From NCBI RefSeq assembly GCF_000002075.1, contig NW_004797339.1, positions 931,558 through 995,557 of the forward strand: a stretch of 64,000 nt of DNA. Reading direction: 5' to 3'. Position numbers and translations under genes: made by a program. The stretch comes from Aplysia californica. Lineage: Eukaryota. The notes beneath the pieces are model-generated. The model searched no databases, was not told the origin of the DNA, and saw only the letters and a list, made by a program, of their open reading frames with translations. Position 1 is the stretch's first letter; each line of letters begins with the position of its first letter. This document shows, one piece after another, positions 60,420 through 64,000 of this stretch.

Positions 60420-60930
60420 AGAAAGCAAGGCATTCCTAAAACGTGGGCTCATGGGCGTGTTTTGGTTACTGAGTCTCTGTGGAAAGTGTATTATGAACTT
60501 TCCCCCCATTGTCTGAGCTGGCAGAGAACGAGCCCTGTCTAACAGCAGTTTCCACGGGCTCTCATTTGTTTCTTTAACCTTTTTTCAAGAAGAGTTTCAT
60601 TAAGAAAGGACCGTGGGAATGGGCCCATCCTTTGCTGATCCTTAAACACATTAAGTTTGATTGGCTGGTAGCTTGACGGTCAGAGAGATCGTTAAGAACG
60701 TATAGGCTGGTAGGTTACTATCGTTGTAAGTGGTGACTTTAGTGATTGGATAAACGAGCAAGCGTGTGTGTTCACCGCATACAACTAATGGCGGAAGCGG
60801 AAGATTCGGAAACAGTTCTAACGGTTTCAATTGATCTCGTTTATTAGAAGAAACATTCATTTACGGAGGGAAAGAGTTGGGAGGTGGGTGGGGGCCAAGC
60901 CCTTTAGCCCTTCATTACGCTCCGCCACTG
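60420..60930. mobile_element. Diverged partial copy of the hAT-like MITE at 61120-61881
   Basis: Shares GTGATTGGATAAACGAGCAAGC, CCGTGGGAA..GG...CCTTTGCTGA and the CCGCCACTG terminus. Confidence 0.65.
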
Positions 60931-60941
60931 CACACACACAC

Positions 60942-60982
<41 letters not shown>

Positions 60983-61119
60983 GTCTCTCTATAAGTCTCT
61001 CTCTCTCTCTCACTTCCTATCTCTTTATCTCTATCTCTGCTCTCTCGATTCCTTCTCACTTTGTCTCTCTCAATTGTCCATAATAAATTCTCTGACGCAT
61101 TTATTTCCTATACCTCTGT

Positions 61120-61881
61120 CAGTGGCGGTGGGTGGACCAAACTTTTGGTCTGGCTTAGGTTGATTCCACGTCTTTACCACCAAATAGAAAGCAATAAGAC
61201 CTGAACAGTGATGAATTTTCAATATTCACGGTGAGCCACGACGTTTTGAGATCCATTCAAACTAGAAGAGTCCCCCTTATCTCCCTTCTCTTTGTTCAGT
61301 GTTAATTTTTTTTGGATGGTGGGGTCGACGAAGCCGTTTCACCTCAAATTAAAAGTGTTTCGAAATTATTTATAACTGTTAAATCTCAGGGGCACAAACA
61401 CAAACACGCACACACAGCACTTCAAACATATTCCGTCTATGAGCAGTATTTGGCCGTGTAGTCGAGGAAAGCAGACAGCATCTAACAAAGGTCCACTGAG
61501 AGCTTAGGTTTCCGTATCACGGGGGGAAAGTGTGTCGTAAACCTTTTCCGGATTGTCAGGGCTATTGTTATTTTTGGAAGTCTTCTACCTTTTTACTAGA
61601 GGAGTTTCATTTAGGAAGGTCCGTGGGAACGGGTTCGTCCTTTGCTGAGCCCTAAAGACATTTGATTGGCTTTTAGGTTACTATAGCTGCAAGCATTGAC
61701 AGCAGTGATTGGATAAACGAGCAAGCCGCCAAGTTGATCACACTCTGTTTTCAATGTGAACGATCACAACGGTTTTAACTTCTTATTTCGCTATTTAAGA
61801 AACTTTTATTTACTTTGGGATAAAGTTGGGGTGTGGGGAGGGGGCTCAAGCCCGTAAGCCCTTCACTACCCACCGCCACTG
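61120..61881. mobile_element. hAT-like MITE
   Basis: 14-bp perfect TIR CAGTGGCGGTGGGT; degenerate 8-bp TSD ACCTCTGT / ATCTCAGT. Confidence 0.75.
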
Positions 61882-62789
61882 ATCTCAGTAAACCACACAA
61901 TAGGCCACCTCGCCTTCCATCGTTGACTTTTACCTCCAATATCCTCCCACCCCCTTTTTTTCTCTTGAATAAAACAGTATAGGCCCCTATGGTTTTCTAA
62001 TATCTCTTTGCATACCCTGCTGGGTAATCTACTTTTGTATCTCCCACACACTCTTTCACTCCAACCCCACCCCCTCTCTCTCTCTATCCCCCTCTCNNNN
62101 NNNNNNNNNNNNNNNNNNNNNNNNNNNNNNNNNNNNNNNNNNNNNNNNNNNNNNNNNNNNNNNNNNNNNNNNNNNNNNNNNNNNNNNNNNNNNNNNNNNN
62201 NNNNNNNNNNNNNNNNNNNNNNNNNNNNNNNNNNNNNNNNNNNNNNNNNNNNNNNNNNNNNNNNNNNNNNNNNNNNNNNNNNNNNNNNNNNNNNNNNNNN
62301 NNNNNNNNNNNNNNNNNNNNNNNNNNNNNNNNNNNNNNNNNNNNNNNNNNNNNNNNNNNNNNNNNNNNNNNNNNNNNNNNNNNNNNNNNNNNNNNNNNNN
62401 NNNNNNNNNNNNNNNNNNNNNNNNNNNNNNNNNNNNNNNNNNNNNNNNNNNNNNNNNNNNNNNNNNNNNNNNNNNNNNNNNNNNNNNNNNNNNNNNNNNN
62501 NNNNNNNNNNNNNNNNNNNNNNNNNNNNNNNNNNNNNNNNNNNNNNNNNNNNNNNNNNNNNNNNNNNNNNNNNNNNNNNNNNNNNNNNNNNNNNNNNNNN
62601 NNNNNNNNNNNNNNNNNNNNNNNNNNNNNNNNNNNNNNNNNNNNNNNNNNNNNNNNNNNNNNNNNNNNNNNNNNNNNNNNNNNNNNNNNNNNNNNNNNNN
62701 NNNNNNNNNNNNNNNNNNNNNNNNNNNNNNNNNNNNNNNNNNNNNNNNNNNNNNNNNNNNNNNNNNNNNNNNNNNNNNNNNNNNNNNNN

Positions 62790-62823
<34 letters not shown>

Positions 62824-63008
62824 ATAATAGACATACGTCAGGTCTTTAAAAAAAAAAAAAGCTGACGCTGATAATGATAATATAAAAAAACCGTGAATAC
62901 AATCGTTGATGGTTGTTTAGGCCTATCGTTTCAATGATTACAAGTAACCGATACGCTCAAAGTATCTGGTATCGCAATCAGAGCTGAGAAATTCATTTGC
63001 GATTCCTT

Positions 63009-63168
63009 TTCCGGAAGTAACACAGAAGAAGAATCGAAAGAAGGACCACGTTGTGTGTTGTAGTGTGGTGACAGTGACTAAAAAGCTCTCCCACACATTC
63101 TGTTTTATTGGAAGAAAGGGCGACCTGTTTTAAGTTCTTTATTGCCACAATGAGTCCTGGAAGTGAGT
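63009..63168 (+). promoter_or_regulatory. Possible promoter and first exon of a divergent gene
   Basis: ETS-type CCGGAAGT at 63011; gccacaATG AGT CCT GGA A|gtgagt at 63150-63168. Confidence 0.3.
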
Positions 63169-63506
63169 ATTCAAAATATTTGATATTATTTCGAATCTAG
63201 AGTCTACTACTGTTGTAAATTTGCAAGTTTTGAATGAGCTTCTTTCTTTTCCAACACTGGCGCAGTAGTAGTAGTGCGAGTCTCGTGCCAGCGCCAGGAG
63301 CTTGTTTAAGACTTAAGAATTGTTGGTATAATTGGCCTTTTTTTAGTTGGTACCCTGGTACCCACGTTTTTATTAACTTTGTAAAAAGTTATGGATTTTG
63401 TTTGGTCATTTGGAATAAAAATTCAGTCTTTGAATTGGAAGTGGCTATCCTCACTACCCTGGCCGCCCTGCGTTGGCTATTCTCACCAGCCCAGGTGTGA
63501 AACAAG

Positions 63507-63735
63507 GGAAGGACTTCCGTAACGAGCGACCGCCCCCATCAAACACAATAAAGAAGAGGCCTAACCCTAAACCTAACCCTACCCCTACCCCTACCCCTAG
63601 AGATCTAGAATCTAAATTCTAGATCTAGATCTAGATCTAGAATCTAGATCTATTCTATACCCCTACCCCTAGCGCCCTAGCCCTCAATTCTGCTGTCTCA
63701 AACTCATAGTGGTCGCTCGTTACGGAAGTCCTCCC
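63507..63735. mobile_element. 229-bp MITE (Merlin- or MULE-like)
   Basis: 25-bp TIR GG(A/G)AGGACTTCCGTAACGAGCGACC; 8-bp TSD GAAACAAG at 63499-63506 and 63736-63743. Confidence 0.88.
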
Positions 63736-64000
63736 GAAACAAGACCTGTTTTTCCTAATTTTGAAATACTGTCTATCGGTGTGGATGATCAAATTGACAA
63801 AATAAAAAAAAAGGCCGCTCTTATTGGCCCACATGGGCAAATAAGCTGGGACTTATTTATTGGCCCACGTGGGCCATTTAATGCGTTGTTTTTCAATGTA
63901 TTTCATAGGCGCTAGCGTCAATTGCCACCGAGTGACGCGGTGGCAATTGACAAAAAGTCATGCCACTGAGTGAAACGGTGTCGAGTCTGAAAACAACACT

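Noticed and set aside
61866-62865. Long ORFs here and at other N runs
   Set aside because: Artefacts of assembly gaps and dinucleotide repeats.

Overview
AT-rich eukaryotic (animal) genomic DNA with assembly gaps, many microsatellites and (TCTAGA)n tracts. The repeat content suggests an invertebrate, probably a gastropod mollusc (inference). The window is dominated by a minus-strand, intron-rich MSH4 (meiotic MutS homolog 4) gene. I reconstructed 24 phase-consistent coding exons from 47255 to the stop at 9077 (2581 nt, about 859 aa; the N-terminus is unresolved). They include two 13-nt microexons and a probable GC-AG intron. A convergent, intronless folate-receptor-like gene with a predicted GPI anchor lies at 1340-2023. 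Introns and flanks carry many transposons: a TSD-bounded hAT with an intron-containing dead transposase, a Tc1-like element with DD35E spacing, an inverted-repeat element carrying a THAP1-like first exon in phase with MSH4, pogo/Tigger remnants, RTE-like LINE fragments, tRNA-derived SINEs and several MITEs. A 1.3-kb duplication across a 100-N gap shows filled and empty alleles of one MITE.
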